From the IMG/VR virus record IMGVR_UViG_3300042556_001828, positions 1 to 64,000 of that record: a DNA stretch of 64,000 nt, one strand, 5' to 3'. Each line of letters starts with the position of its first letter. Within the stretch, counting starts at the first letter, position 1. The position numbers and the translations under genes are program-made. Below, one piece after another: positions 54,743-62,859 of this stretch. The notes beneath the pieces are model-generated. The model was not told the origin of the DNA. It saw only the letters and a program-made list of their open reading frames with translations, and did not search any database. This DNA comes from a virus.

Positions 54743-56722
54743 TTATAACGCAGGCGCAGAATATTCGCCGCAGGTAAAACTGGCGCTAACTTTCTCGGCT
54801 AATTGGGCGGGATTTTCTTTATGCCGGCTGCCGATTTCACGCAATAAGTTCCTGAACTCTTCGTTGAGTTTCTCTTTCTCGGCGGTAAGTCTTTCTAGGA
54901 CTTCGTCGCCCGTACGCTCGCGCTTGTAGCCCATGAGCTTGCCCAACAGACTGGGTTCTTCAGAGCTAGAGATATACCGCTGCACCGCTACGTTTTTGAG
55001 TTCCTCTGGTAAGCCAGCGTGGGAGTCAAAGCGCAGGCCTCTACCACGCGCCTGCTGCGTCCGGGCTTCGTTCCAGTGCGGGTCCATGAGCTGAATTAAG
55101 CTCGTGCCCTTGGTGGAAATACCCTCGGCGCCGGCAGGGCCAATGAGTAACGCCCTGAGCTTGCCGGCGTTGTAGGCATCGACGGCTGCTTGGCGCACCT
55201 TGGGAGAAACACCGCCGTGGAAGAACGCATGGGGCACGCCAGCCTGTGTTAAGCCAGCAGCGTAGGGGCCCAAGCCAGAATCCACAAAGTTGGAATAGAT
55301 AATAGCTTTCTTGCGCTCATCTGAGTCCAGCGTGCTCTTGAGGTTCTTGAACGCCTCCTGCATCTTGGCTGACTGCTGGAACGCTTTGAGGGGATCTCTA
55401 TCGGCCCGAAATGGCTGCGTGGATAAACCCACTTGGCGTAGGCCCGTCATAAAGCTATTTAATTTAGCTAGTTCCTGCCGAGATAGCGGGAACTCTTTAT
55501 CTAGCTTCCACAAAAACCCCGGCGGAACTTTCGTGCGCACAGCTTTCTGGATGCGCTGCTGCTCTGCAGAAAGTGGTACCCGTATAGTCTGCTCGTTGAT
55601 ATTCACGCCCTCGGGAGTCTTGCTGGGCTGATAATCTACTTTGCCCTCCAGCAAACTCCTGAGCTTGGGGCCATTTCTAATAATGGGCTTCATGCCCGGT
55701 GTCGCGCCATGCAGCCAGCCCCAGAGTCCCGGCCAGACTTTCTTGTAGCCCACGTACTCTTTCTCAAACTGGTCAGGCGTGATCTCCTGCTTGTTGAGCA
55801 TCGAGACAATGCTGGCCAGATCTTTGGGCTCATTGGTAATGGGCGTGCCAGTTAATAACATTAACCGGTCCGCGTTTTGGGCGGCCTGAAAAGCAGCGCG
55901 CGTACTGGCCGCGTCTGGATTGCGCAATCTGGCTGCTTCGTCCATGACCAGTGTCTCGGGCTGGTCTTTGAACTGCTTGCCCATGCCCAGCCCCGTGTAG
56001 CTCATGATCTCGGGCTGGCTGTCGGTGAATTTCTTCACTTCTTTCTGGAAGTTCCCCCTAAGACTAGCCGGGGCCACAATGCCGTAGCTCCCGCCGTGCT
56101 GCCTCTGGGCCGCTTCAGCCGCTGCAAGGGCTGAGAGACTCTTCCCAGAGCCCAGCCCGTGATAGACGAGCATACGGGGGTTCTCGCCAGTCACGCGGTC
56201 TGAGATGCGCTGCTGGTGGTCTTGCAGCTGGATGCCGGGAAGTAAGTCAGCTTGTTTACCCAAGCCTTGCACGTATTTCTGCATGGCTTTGCGCTGATAC
56301 GCGTCGAGCATCTCAGCCGTGGCGCCCGATTGCTCTGCCGGTACGAGCTTGCTGGGGTCGATTCCCCAGTTGCGCAGCGCCCAGCCACGTCGTGGCGTGG
56401 GATTATTAACAAAGGGGCCGCCGTGCCGCGCTTTGAAGCTTGCCCAGCGCTTGATCTGGCGTTCGTCTTCGTCTGGGATACGCCGGCCGCCTGAGTAGCG
56501 CTTGTACCACTGCGCCCAGCCCTTGGGATCGTGCTCTGACACCCATTCGGGCTTCCATGCGCCCAAGCTAGCGAGTCTGGGGCCTTGATTACGGTATAGC
56601 GCGTCGTACACGCCCAAGTTCTCAAGCTGCTCTGGTGTGTAGTCAGGGGTAAAGTCTACAGCGTGCTTTGCCCACGCCTTGCCCGCGGCGCTCGCAATGA
56701 TATCTGTATCGAGGTCGGGCAT
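54743..56722 (-). CDS. SNF2-like SF2 helicase with an extra N-terminal domain
   Basis: HGLGSGKS, MDEAARLRN, LLTGTP, EGIS, DPHWN and QARGRGLR. Confidence 0.88.
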   Translation of the reverse strand: MPDLDTDIIASAAGKAWAKHAVDFTPDYTPEQLENLGVYDALYRNQGPRLASLGAWKPEWVSEHDPKGWAQWYKRYSGGRRIPDEDERQIKRWASFKARHGGPFVNNPTPRRGWALRNWGIDPSKLVPAEQSGATAEMLDAYQRKAMQKYVQGLGKQADLLPGIQLQDHQQRISDRVTGENPRMLVYHGLGSGKSLSALAAAEAAQRQHGGSYGIVAPASLRGNFQKEVKKFTDSQPEIMSYTGLGMGKQFKDQPETLVMDEAARLRNPDAASTRAAFQAAQNADRLMLLTGTPITNEPKDLASIVSMLNKQEITPDQFEKEYVGYKKVWPGLWGWLHGATPGMKPIIRNGPKLRSLLEGKVDYQPSKTPEGVNINEQTIRVPLSAEQQRIQKAVRTKVPPGFLWKLDKEFPLSRQELAKLNSFMTGLRQVGLSTQPFRADRDPLKAFQQSAKMQEAFKNLKSTLDSDERKKAIIYSNFVDSGLGPYAAGLTQAGVPHAFFHGGVSPKVRQAAVDAYNAGKLRALLIGPAGAEGISTKGTSLIQLMDPHWNEARTQQARGRGLRFDSHAGLPEELKNVAVQRYISSSEEPSLLGKLMGYKRERTGDEVLERLTAEKEKLNEEFRNLLREIGSRHKENPAQLAEKVSASFTCGEYSAPAL

Positions 56723-56788
56723 GGCTACTTTTCCACACTACACGCAGGTTGCACCCTACACCGGCGCAGTGTAGTGGGCAAAACTAGT

Positions 56789-57631
56789 TTACTGCACGGC
56801 ATCGAGGATAGGCGTCTGGCCCTCTGTGGCCCGTGCGCGTTGGGCTCGTTCGTACTGCTCGATCTGTGATTCTACCCAATCGGCGTATAAACTCACACGG
56901 GTATGGGCCGACTCGTCTGTGTACGTCCCGTTGGGCTTGCCGTCGACAGCCATAAGAAACGAGTGGATTCCTGCGAGTTTGTTCTCGATGAATAAGCCGC
57001 CGCCAGAATCCCCCGGGGTAATTAAGAACTCCAGCGCTGTTTTGTTATCTTTGCTCGGGTCGCACACTAACACAGAGCGCTCTAGGCTTGAAATCTTGTT
57101 ACTTCCAGCCCTGCGCTTGCCGTCTTGCTCGGTCATGCCTGTATGAAAAGTCCCGAAAAAGCCAAACCCAGCCAGCGTAACAGGCTTGCCCAGCTCATCG
57201 GTGTCGGTGTTTAGCTCTGGGTAAAAGTCCAACCCTAGGTCTTTCTCGGAGTAGCCCAGCGCGATGTCGTAATAGCCGTTTTTGCCGTGATCAAACAGCG
57301 GGTGCGAGATCGTATGCACAAGCGGGTATTCGACGGGCTTTTCTTCGTCGCCCAAGATCGTGGGCTTTTCGACGCCCTCCAGCACATGCGCTGCGGTGAG
57401 AACCCAGTGCGGCCTGATCAAGACAGCCGACGCGTACCAGTGCACCACAGAATCAGGCGTGGGCTTCTCTAGGCCCTGCGCCCGAATTCGCTTCACAAAC
57501 GGAAACTTCTTGCCGAACGCGACGTACTTGCTGTCGGGCGTGTCAGGATCCCGTGTGCCGGCAAGAGTTGCTGCGTCAGACAGCACTAAAACAAACCACA
57601 GGAGGAAGATGAACCATTGGCGTGCGTCCAT
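56789..57631 (-). CDS. Secreted trypsin-like serine protease
   Basis: Signal peptide, LTAAH, DIAL and GDSGG. Confidence 0.9.
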   Translation of the reverse strand: MDARQWFIFLLWFVLVLSDAATLAGTRDPDTPDSKYVAFGKKFPFVKRIRAQGLEKPTPDSVVHWYASAVLIRPHWVLTAAHVLEGVEKPTILGDEEKPVEYPLVHTISHPLFDHGKNGYYDIALGYSEKDLGLDFYPELNTDTDELGKPVTLAGFGFFGTFHTGMTEQDGKRRAGSNKISSLERSVLVCDPSKDNKTALEFLITPGDSGGGLFIENKLAGIHSFLMAVDGKPNGTYTDESAHTRVSLYADWVESQIEQYERAQRARATEGQTPILDAVQ

Positions 57632-57674
57632 GCTCGCCTCCGTGGTTAATGTTTTAGTTGGCTACATAAAACGC

Positions 57675-59081
57675 TTAGCGAATACCCAACTGCTTTTGCG
57701 CGTTAATTACAGCTGATTCTTGTCCAAGCTGTTGCTGCAGCCGACCTTCAGCAGCAGTTGGGGCTGGCGCTGGCGTATTGGGCTCCAAACCCTGCGGGCT
57801 ATTACCCTGTACTCGCGCGGCCTCTAACGATCCGGGTGTTTCACCACGCGCAAAAGCTTCCCGTAGCCGTGTATTCTCGCGATAACCCGGAGAATTTGTT
57901 GCGCCGCGTTGAATACCAGCGTGGCCACTATGAATGCGACCGCCAAGCCCGGCATCTACCATATTGGCATCGGGATCGCTGTAGTCTTCACCCAAAAATT
58001 TTAAGTGCGCGCCCGGAACTGCTTTTGCGCGCTCAAGCTCTTTTGCGTAACTTGTTTCTGGTTTTTGTTTGCCCTTGTACATGCTCTTCAGCCAGTCCTG
58101 CGCCTGCCCCATCGTGCCCGGCCGGAAGTGCTCCAGCGCGCCACCAGCCAGACCACCAGCGGCCCCACCCCCCAAAGCGCCACGCAGCGCGGCCCCAAAC
58201 CGCCCACGTCGCTGCCGACCCACCACGTTACCCTCGTCATCATAGATATCTTCATGGCCCGGCGCGATAAGCCCGTGCAGGCCACCCAGCGCAGCACCAC
58301 CCAGAGCGCCAGCGCCAGCAGCCGGCATGACTTTCTGCAATCCAGCCGGAATGTTCTTGGCAAAATCGCCGATATTAAACGCAGCAACCTTGGCGCCAAA
58401 GTTACGCAGACTGGCAGACTTAGCTTCTTCTTTCTTTTCTTCCTTCTTGGGCGGAAGCGGTGTTTTCTTACCAGTGAAAGATAAGCTACCGGGCGTGCCA
58501 GTGCGGAAAGAAAGCCGGCTATCGGTCGGTTGGCGCGCAGCTACCTTGGTATCGTCTTCAGCGGGCTTTTTCTTCTTACCCATCAAGCCCTTGGCCAGCG
58601 CAGCGCCAGCAATACCGCCACCCAGTAAACCAGTGTTCGCCCGCTCAGCCGCCAACTCCTCTGGCCGATCCATAATCATTCTGTTCACGTCGTCGCGCAG
58701 AAACCGCGCGTCCGGCGACGGGCCGGTTAACGTGTTTGCACCCGTCAGCTGATCAATCTTGTCGCTGAAATACTCGCGGCGCCGTTCGGCTTCGCCTACT
58801 TCACCAGCATCGCGCGAGCCCATTAACCCGTAACCAGCGCCCGCACCAGCGCCAATCAGGCCGCCGACTCCAGCGCCGTGCAGGGCACCACTCAGTCGCT
58901 TACCTTTGCCGCCCATGATCGCGCCGCCCAGACCACCCGCCGCAGCGCCAATGCCACCGCCCGCTAAACCGTGCGCGAGCATAGCGTTGAGAGCGCTATT
59001 AGATTGCTTTTCAAACGCACACATGGCCGCCTGATACAGCTGTCCGGCGCCAGAACCATTGTTGTTATTTACGTAACGCAT
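57675..59081 (-). CDS. Glycine-zipper putative virion cargo protein
   Basis: Repeated GAxxGGLxG hairpins separated by EKQSN, TKVAA, AKSAS and AKVAA. Confidence 0.7.
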   Translation of the reverse strand: MRYVNNNNGSGAGQLYQAAMCAFEKQSNSALNAMLAHGLAGGGIGAAAGGLGGAIMGGKGKRLSGALHGAGVGGLIGAGAGAGYGLMGSRDAGEVGEAERRREYFSDKIDQLTGANTLTGPSPDARFLRDDVNRMIMDRPEELAAERANTGLLGGGIAGAALAKGLMGKKKKPAEDDTKVAARQPTDSRLSFRTGTPGSLSFTGKKTPLPPKKEEKKEEAKSASLRNFGAKVAAFNIGDFAKNIPAGLQKVMPAAGAGALGGAALGGLHGLIAPGHEDIYDDEGNVVGRQRRGRFGAALRGALGGGAAGGLAGGALEHFRPGTMGQAQDWLKSMYKGKQKPETSYAKELERAKAVPGAHLKFLGEDYSDPDANMVDAGLGGRIHSGHAGIQRGATNSPGYRENTRLREAFARGETPGSLEAARVQGNSPQGLEPNTPAPAPTAAEGRLQQQLGQESAVINAQKQLGIR

Positions 59082-59133
59082 GCGTGTACTCTCCAGAAAT
59101 AAATACGAGGTGGTTTGTGGCTCTAGTATAACA

Positions 59134-61065
59134 CTAATTCTTTCGGGCTACAGCTAACTCTGCCGCTTTACTTACAAATTCTTCTGCGCTAGCGAACTTA
59201 TGGTCGTCAGAAAGCAATGGATAAGCATGGGCCAGAGTCTTGGGCTTAAGTAACCCATACTCTTTCATGAGCTTGGCGGTGTTTAAGATATTTTTACGCT
59301 TGTTAGCTGCGTGCATATAAGCGGCAGCTACGCCAGCACCCGTCCCAGCTAGGCCCACACCAGCGCCGTCCATGCCGCCCAGATACCCCAAGCCGGCCGT
59401 GCCCAGTAAACCAAGGGCACCAGCACCAGCAGCGTACATCTTGGGATCCGGCGCCATATCGCTGAGGTTATATTTGTCTTGGCCCTGTGAATTTCTCACG
59501 ATGTGGCGCAGGGATGACTGAAAGCCATCGCGATTCAGGCCCCGAGCGCGCAATGTGTTGTCATCGGGCCGGACAAGGGCTTTGAGCTGGCCATATTGCT
59601 GCACAGCGTGTTGAATCTGGTCAGGGCCTGCAAAACTGGAATAGTTATCTAAACCCAAGGGGCGGGCAGCTTTGTATAGCTGGCTGGCGGCGCCGTATTT
59701 TTGCTGCATCGCTTTAATCGCGGCTGGGCTTAGTTGCGCGCCAATTTGAAACGCGTCGGCTTTTTCGCCTTTTTCGTTTACAAAATCAGCTACTTGCCTC
59801 GCATGCAAACCGTCATCAAATTCTTCTTCTCGTTCATTTTGTCGATAAATTTTTGTGCCGTCAGGCAGCGTGGCGTAATGCATGCGATCTTTTGGATATT
59901 GTCGGCCCTTACGCGAATTTGGTCCGCCGCCAAACATATAAGCTGCGCCAAGCCCGCCAGCAGTAAGTAAACCGCCACCCGCAATTGCCGCGCCGAGCGT
60001 TGGATCAAATGCTGTTTTGGCCAGCATCAGCGCCGAGCACTTGCAGTTCCACTTGCGCAGGGACTTGTTAATACGCGAGTCTGGGTCTTTGGCTGTCGCG
60101 GCGCCAGTATTTACGCTCTTCATGCCGCACATACGCGAGCAGAAAGAGTTCTGTCGCTTAGCCCGGTCGCCGCTGGGATTAGACTCAGTGACAGGCGCTT
60201 TGAGATTCCCGCCGTGTTCGCGCTCGTAGCTCTTGCGGCCCTTCTCGTTCAGGCCGCCTTCGTCGTTCTTACCAGCACTGCGTTGCCATGCGGGAGAACT
60301 GGCAGCCGTTTTGGAACTATCTGGTGAGTTCTTTGTGCCAAACGCCGCATTGCCGTTGATGTTGCCAGACGCAGACAAAGCACCAAACGAGTTGATCGGG
60401 TTGGCAGAAGGCGAGTTCATGCCTGCGCCCTGTGCTTGTGCCGGCTGGGCAGCTTGGGGCTGTTGCGGCTGCGCTGGTTGGGCCGGCTGCTGCATACCCA
60501 TCGGCATAGGGGTGGTATTAACGGGCATGGCGTATCGCTTGATTCCGACGTTTTGCGGCATTTTTGCGGCCATTCGGGCCTGCTGCTCAGCTTTTTCGTT
60601 CTCAATCGCCTGCATAATCGGCTGCGAAAGAACGACGGCAAGCTTCTTCAAAAGTGAATTAACATCACTGTTAACAGTTTCACCCGCCAATTCCTCGCTA
60701 CTCTGGTTGACTTCGTCCTCATTCCGCGTCTGGATCGGCGAAGCCTTATCTTCCCCCGCGTTCTCTGCCGTAACGTGTTCATCGCCGGCAGCTACGGGCT
60801 TGTCTGAGTGCGGAATATCTACCTTGAGCAGCCCAGAGTTCGCTTTTTTAACACATTCGTTGTAAATCGTTAGCCCAATAGTGTTTACGGCAAAAGCCTT
60901 GTTAATGTTATCCATAGCTGCGGCCTTTTCCTTGTCATCGGGTTTCTTTTTATGCGCATACAGGGGCAAGTCTTTCTGCCCCGGGTATTCTTTTGCCCAA
61001 CGTTTCGCGATATCTGGATGCTGCGACCAGAGGAAACGCCGCTGCTTCTCGGACTTAAATGGCAT
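59134..61065 (-). CDS. Mosaic putative virion cargo protein
   Basis: MPFKSEKQRRFLW module, AWQRSAGKN..GGLN..SFCSRM..KWNC module and glycine zippers, with K-x-A motifs between the modules. Confidence 0.72.
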   Translation of the reverse strand: MPFKSEKQRRFLWSQHPDIAKRWAKEYPGQKDLPLYAHKKKPDDKEKAAAMDNINKAFAVNTIGLTIYNECVKKANSGLLKVDIPHSDKPVAAGDEHVTAENAGEDKASPIQTRNEDEVNQSSEELAGETVNSDVNSLLKKLAVVLSQPIMQAIENEKAEQQARMAAKMPQNVGIKRYAMPVNTTPMPMGMQQPAQPAQPQQPQAAQPAQAQGAGMNSPSANPINSFGALSASGNINGNAAFGTKNSPDSSKTAASSPAWQRSAGKNDEGGLNEKGRKSYEREHGGNLKAPVTESNPSGDRAKRQNSFCSRMCGMKSVNTGAATAKDPDSRINKSLRKWNCKCSALMLAKTAFDPTLGAAIAGGGLLTAGGLGAAYMFGGGPNSRKGRQYPKDRMHYATLPDGTKIYRQNEREEEFDDGLHARQVADFVNEKGEKADAFQIGAQLSPAAIKAMQQKYGAASQLYKAARPLGLDNYSSFAGPDQIQHAVQQYGQLKALVRPDDNTLRARGLNRDGFQSSLRHIVRNSQGQDKYNLSDMAPDPKMYAAGAGALGLLGTAGLGYLGGMDGAGVGLAGTGAGVAAAYMHAANKRKNILNTAKLMKEYGLLKPKTLAHAYPLLSDDHKFASAEEFVSKAAELAVARKN

Positions 61066-61129
61066 AGCTCTGATATTAGCTCCCAAGCTGGATAGAAGTA
61101 TTTTGGCACAAGGGGTGGGAAATGCAAAG

Positions 61130-61174
61130 CGCTGATAGCTAAAAAAAAGCGCAGAGGCCCTTGTGGGCGTGCGC
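61130..61174 (-). terminator. Intrinsic terminator with a conserved downstream AGCTATCAGCG
   Basis: GCGCA-C-GCCC-ACAA-GGGC-CTC-TGCGC-T8. Confidence 0.85.
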
Positions 61175-61184
61175 TGTTTATTAC

Positions 61185-61622
61185 TTACAGTCCGATCAAG
61201 AAGCCCTGCGCGAACGAGATGGCAGGATCGTGCGAGATCTGGTCGGCGTCTGTTAAGACAGCGACCTGAAGCTGCACCCCAAATTGCTTCAGGAAGCTTT
61301 TGCTGAAAGACGAACCCGGTGTGTACGCAGGCGTCGCATTCGCAAGGGCTTCAGCAAGCAACCCAGCGCTATAGGCCAAGACCATCCGCTGCCGTGCTTG
61401 CTTGGTATAGTCAATCACGGGCGCTTCAGCCGGCACAGTCACTTCCACAGGCGCAGCAGGAGCAGGAGTCTCGATCTCCAGCTTCTCGTAGTCTGGCGGC
61501 ACTACAAGCTCAACAGCAGCCTGCGCAGCATTCTCGGCAATCAGACTTCGGCACACCGTCAGGCCGTAGAAGACCGCGCCGACAACAACACCAACAATGA
61601 ACATCTTTACGAAATCACGCAT
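61185..61622 (-). CDS. Membrane-anchored hypothetical protein
   Basis: N-terminal TM; the only gene between a promoter element and a terminator. Confidence 0.7.
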   Translation of the reverse strand: MRDFVKMFIVGVVVGAVFYGLTVCRSLIAENAAQAAVELVVPPDYEKLEIETPAPAAPVEVTVPAEAPVIDYTKQARQRMVLAYSAGLLAEALANATPAYTPGSSFSKSFLKQFGVQLQVAVLTDADQISHDPAISFAQGFLIGL

Positions 61623-61669
61623 GGCATAGATCTCCGCACCTGTGGGTTAGCTCAGCGGTTACGCAACAA

Positions 61670-61722
61670 CTGAAAGCTATAGGTGGTTCACTATATATGC
61701 CCGGATTTCGACTTTTATTTAG
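61670..61722 (-). promoter_or_regulatory. Candidate phage promoter, copy 1
   Basis: CTAAATA-N14-GGCATAT-N3-GTG-N6-CTATAGCTTTCAG, with the same architecture as 62431-62482. Confidence 0.65.
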
Positions 61723-61725
61723 ATA

Positions 61726-61803
61726 TCAAGTCCCCCACGCATCAGTCGCGTCGTCTTCTTCAATCTCGCCGAACATGTGCATGAATACATCCTCTATGTC
61801 CAT
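61726..61803 (-). CDS. 25-aa acidic micropeptide
   Basis: MDIEDVFMHMFGEIEEDDATDAWGT preceded by GGGAGGT. Confidence 0.45.
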   Translation of the reverse strand: MDIEDVFMHMFGEIEEDDATDAWGT

Positions 61804-61978
61804 GACGCACCTCCCGGGATATTGATATCTAAGCCCACGACTATTTTACTTGAACAGGGTGCCGGAGCTGCCAGACCAACAACGGTTTGCCGTAACTAGT
61901 TGTGGCTGTTGGGTTTACGTCACACGGCTAATAGTTGCGTGCCGTAAGTCCATTATTCACAACACTTTACGACGATTG

Positions 61979-62026
61979 GCCGCTGATAGCTAAAAAAAAG
62001 CACAGAGGCCCGTGAGGGCATGTGCT
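61979..62026 (-). terminator. Intrinsic terminator with a conserved downstream AGCTATCAGCG
   Basis: GCACA-T-GCCC-TCAC-GGGC-CTC-TGTGC-T8, with a compensatory stem change relative to the copy at 61130. Confidence 0.85.
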
Positions 62027-62443
62027 TTGGTGTCCCATGTTCTACGGTGGCGGACAGACACCTTTAGATGCGGGCTTTCGAGACGCCACGCCGCATCTGC
62101 CAGACTTTCACTGGCTCCCATTTGTGTCGGTGGGTTACCCAAATGCGCAGCGGTTTGATTTTACCGGCCTGCGTGCGCGCAACAGCCGGGGTTACGGGAC
62201 AAGTTTTACGCCATTACCGATTGGGCGAAAGGCTGCCGATTAACGCACGGCAGCACCACGTCCAAGAGTTTCACTGGACCCCATTTAATCGGTGGGTTTC
62301 CATCAAGGCTTTTTTTATACCCGCCTGAGCTTGTCCGACTGTTCCAGTGGTCGGGCACCTTATCCCCGTAGTTAACCGTACGGGTCGGTGTGTCAGCACA
62401 GGCAACACTTTTGGAAAAGCGCTGGCTGTGCTGACAGCTATAG
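61992..62443 (-). ncRNA. Candidate ~450-nt structured ncRNA with a duplicated two-hairpin module
   Basis: Lies between the promoter element and a terminator, has no credible ORF, and forms a near-continuous series of hairpins. Confidence 0.65.
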
Positions 62444-62482
62444 TTCTACACCTAATATGCCGGCTTTTTGCCCGGTATTTAG
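62431..62482 (-). promoter_or_regulatory. Candidate phage promoter, copy 2
   Basis: CTAAATA-N14-GGCATAT-N3-GTG-N5-CTATAGCTGTCAG. Confidence 0.65.
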
Positions 62483-62497
62483 GTGTGTTAGGCCTGC

Positions 62498-62845
62498 TCA
62501 TGCTTTGAGCCCGCCATGTTTCTCAATCACGGCTTCGACCACTTCGACGGGCACGTAGGCGTAGACCGTCTCTGTGGGGTCGTCGGAGTTCTCAGCGTAC
62601 GCCAGCAGCTCCTCCACGCGCTGAGACGGGTAACCGATCTCGACCTCCGTCCACGGCCCAATACTGTCGCGAGGAGCGCAGTAGTGGGTCTGGCTGGCCT
62701 GCACAGACAGCGACAAGCCATCCGCGCAGGTGATAGGCGCCACCTGCCGGAAGCCCCGCGCCTGCATGTAGGGAGTATTAAACTCGCCCTTCAGGTTCGC
62801 GGAATCGAGCAGGTAGGCATTCAGATCAAATTTAACAGCGGTCAT
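62498..62845 (-). CDS. Conserved phage hypothetical protein
   Basis: CADGLSLSVQAS..HYCAPR..VEIGYPS..VYAYVP, with an AAGGA SD. Confidence 0.8.
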   Translation of the reverse strand: MTAVKFDLNAYLLDSANLKGEFNTPYMQARGFRQVAPITCADGLSLSVQASQTHYCAPRDSIGPWTEVEIGYPSQRVEELLAYAENSDDPTETVYAYVPVEVVEAVIEKHGGLKA

Positions 62846-62859
62846 ACTTGTCCTTTCAA

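Noticed and set aside
62099-62298. Repeated 38-39-nt unit as a CRISPR array
   Set aside because: Only two imperfect copies about 120 nt apart, the intervening sequence is itself structured, and no cas genes are in the window.
62030-62330. Hammerhead or other known small ribozyme in the ncRNA
   Set aside because: GAAA motifs are present, but no CUGANGA core was found in the required position.
62271-62501. 76-aa minus-strand ORF and plus-strand ORFs at 62022-62328
   Set aside because: They cross the promoter element and hairpins, lack an SD and have atypical composition. The ncRNA explanation fits better.
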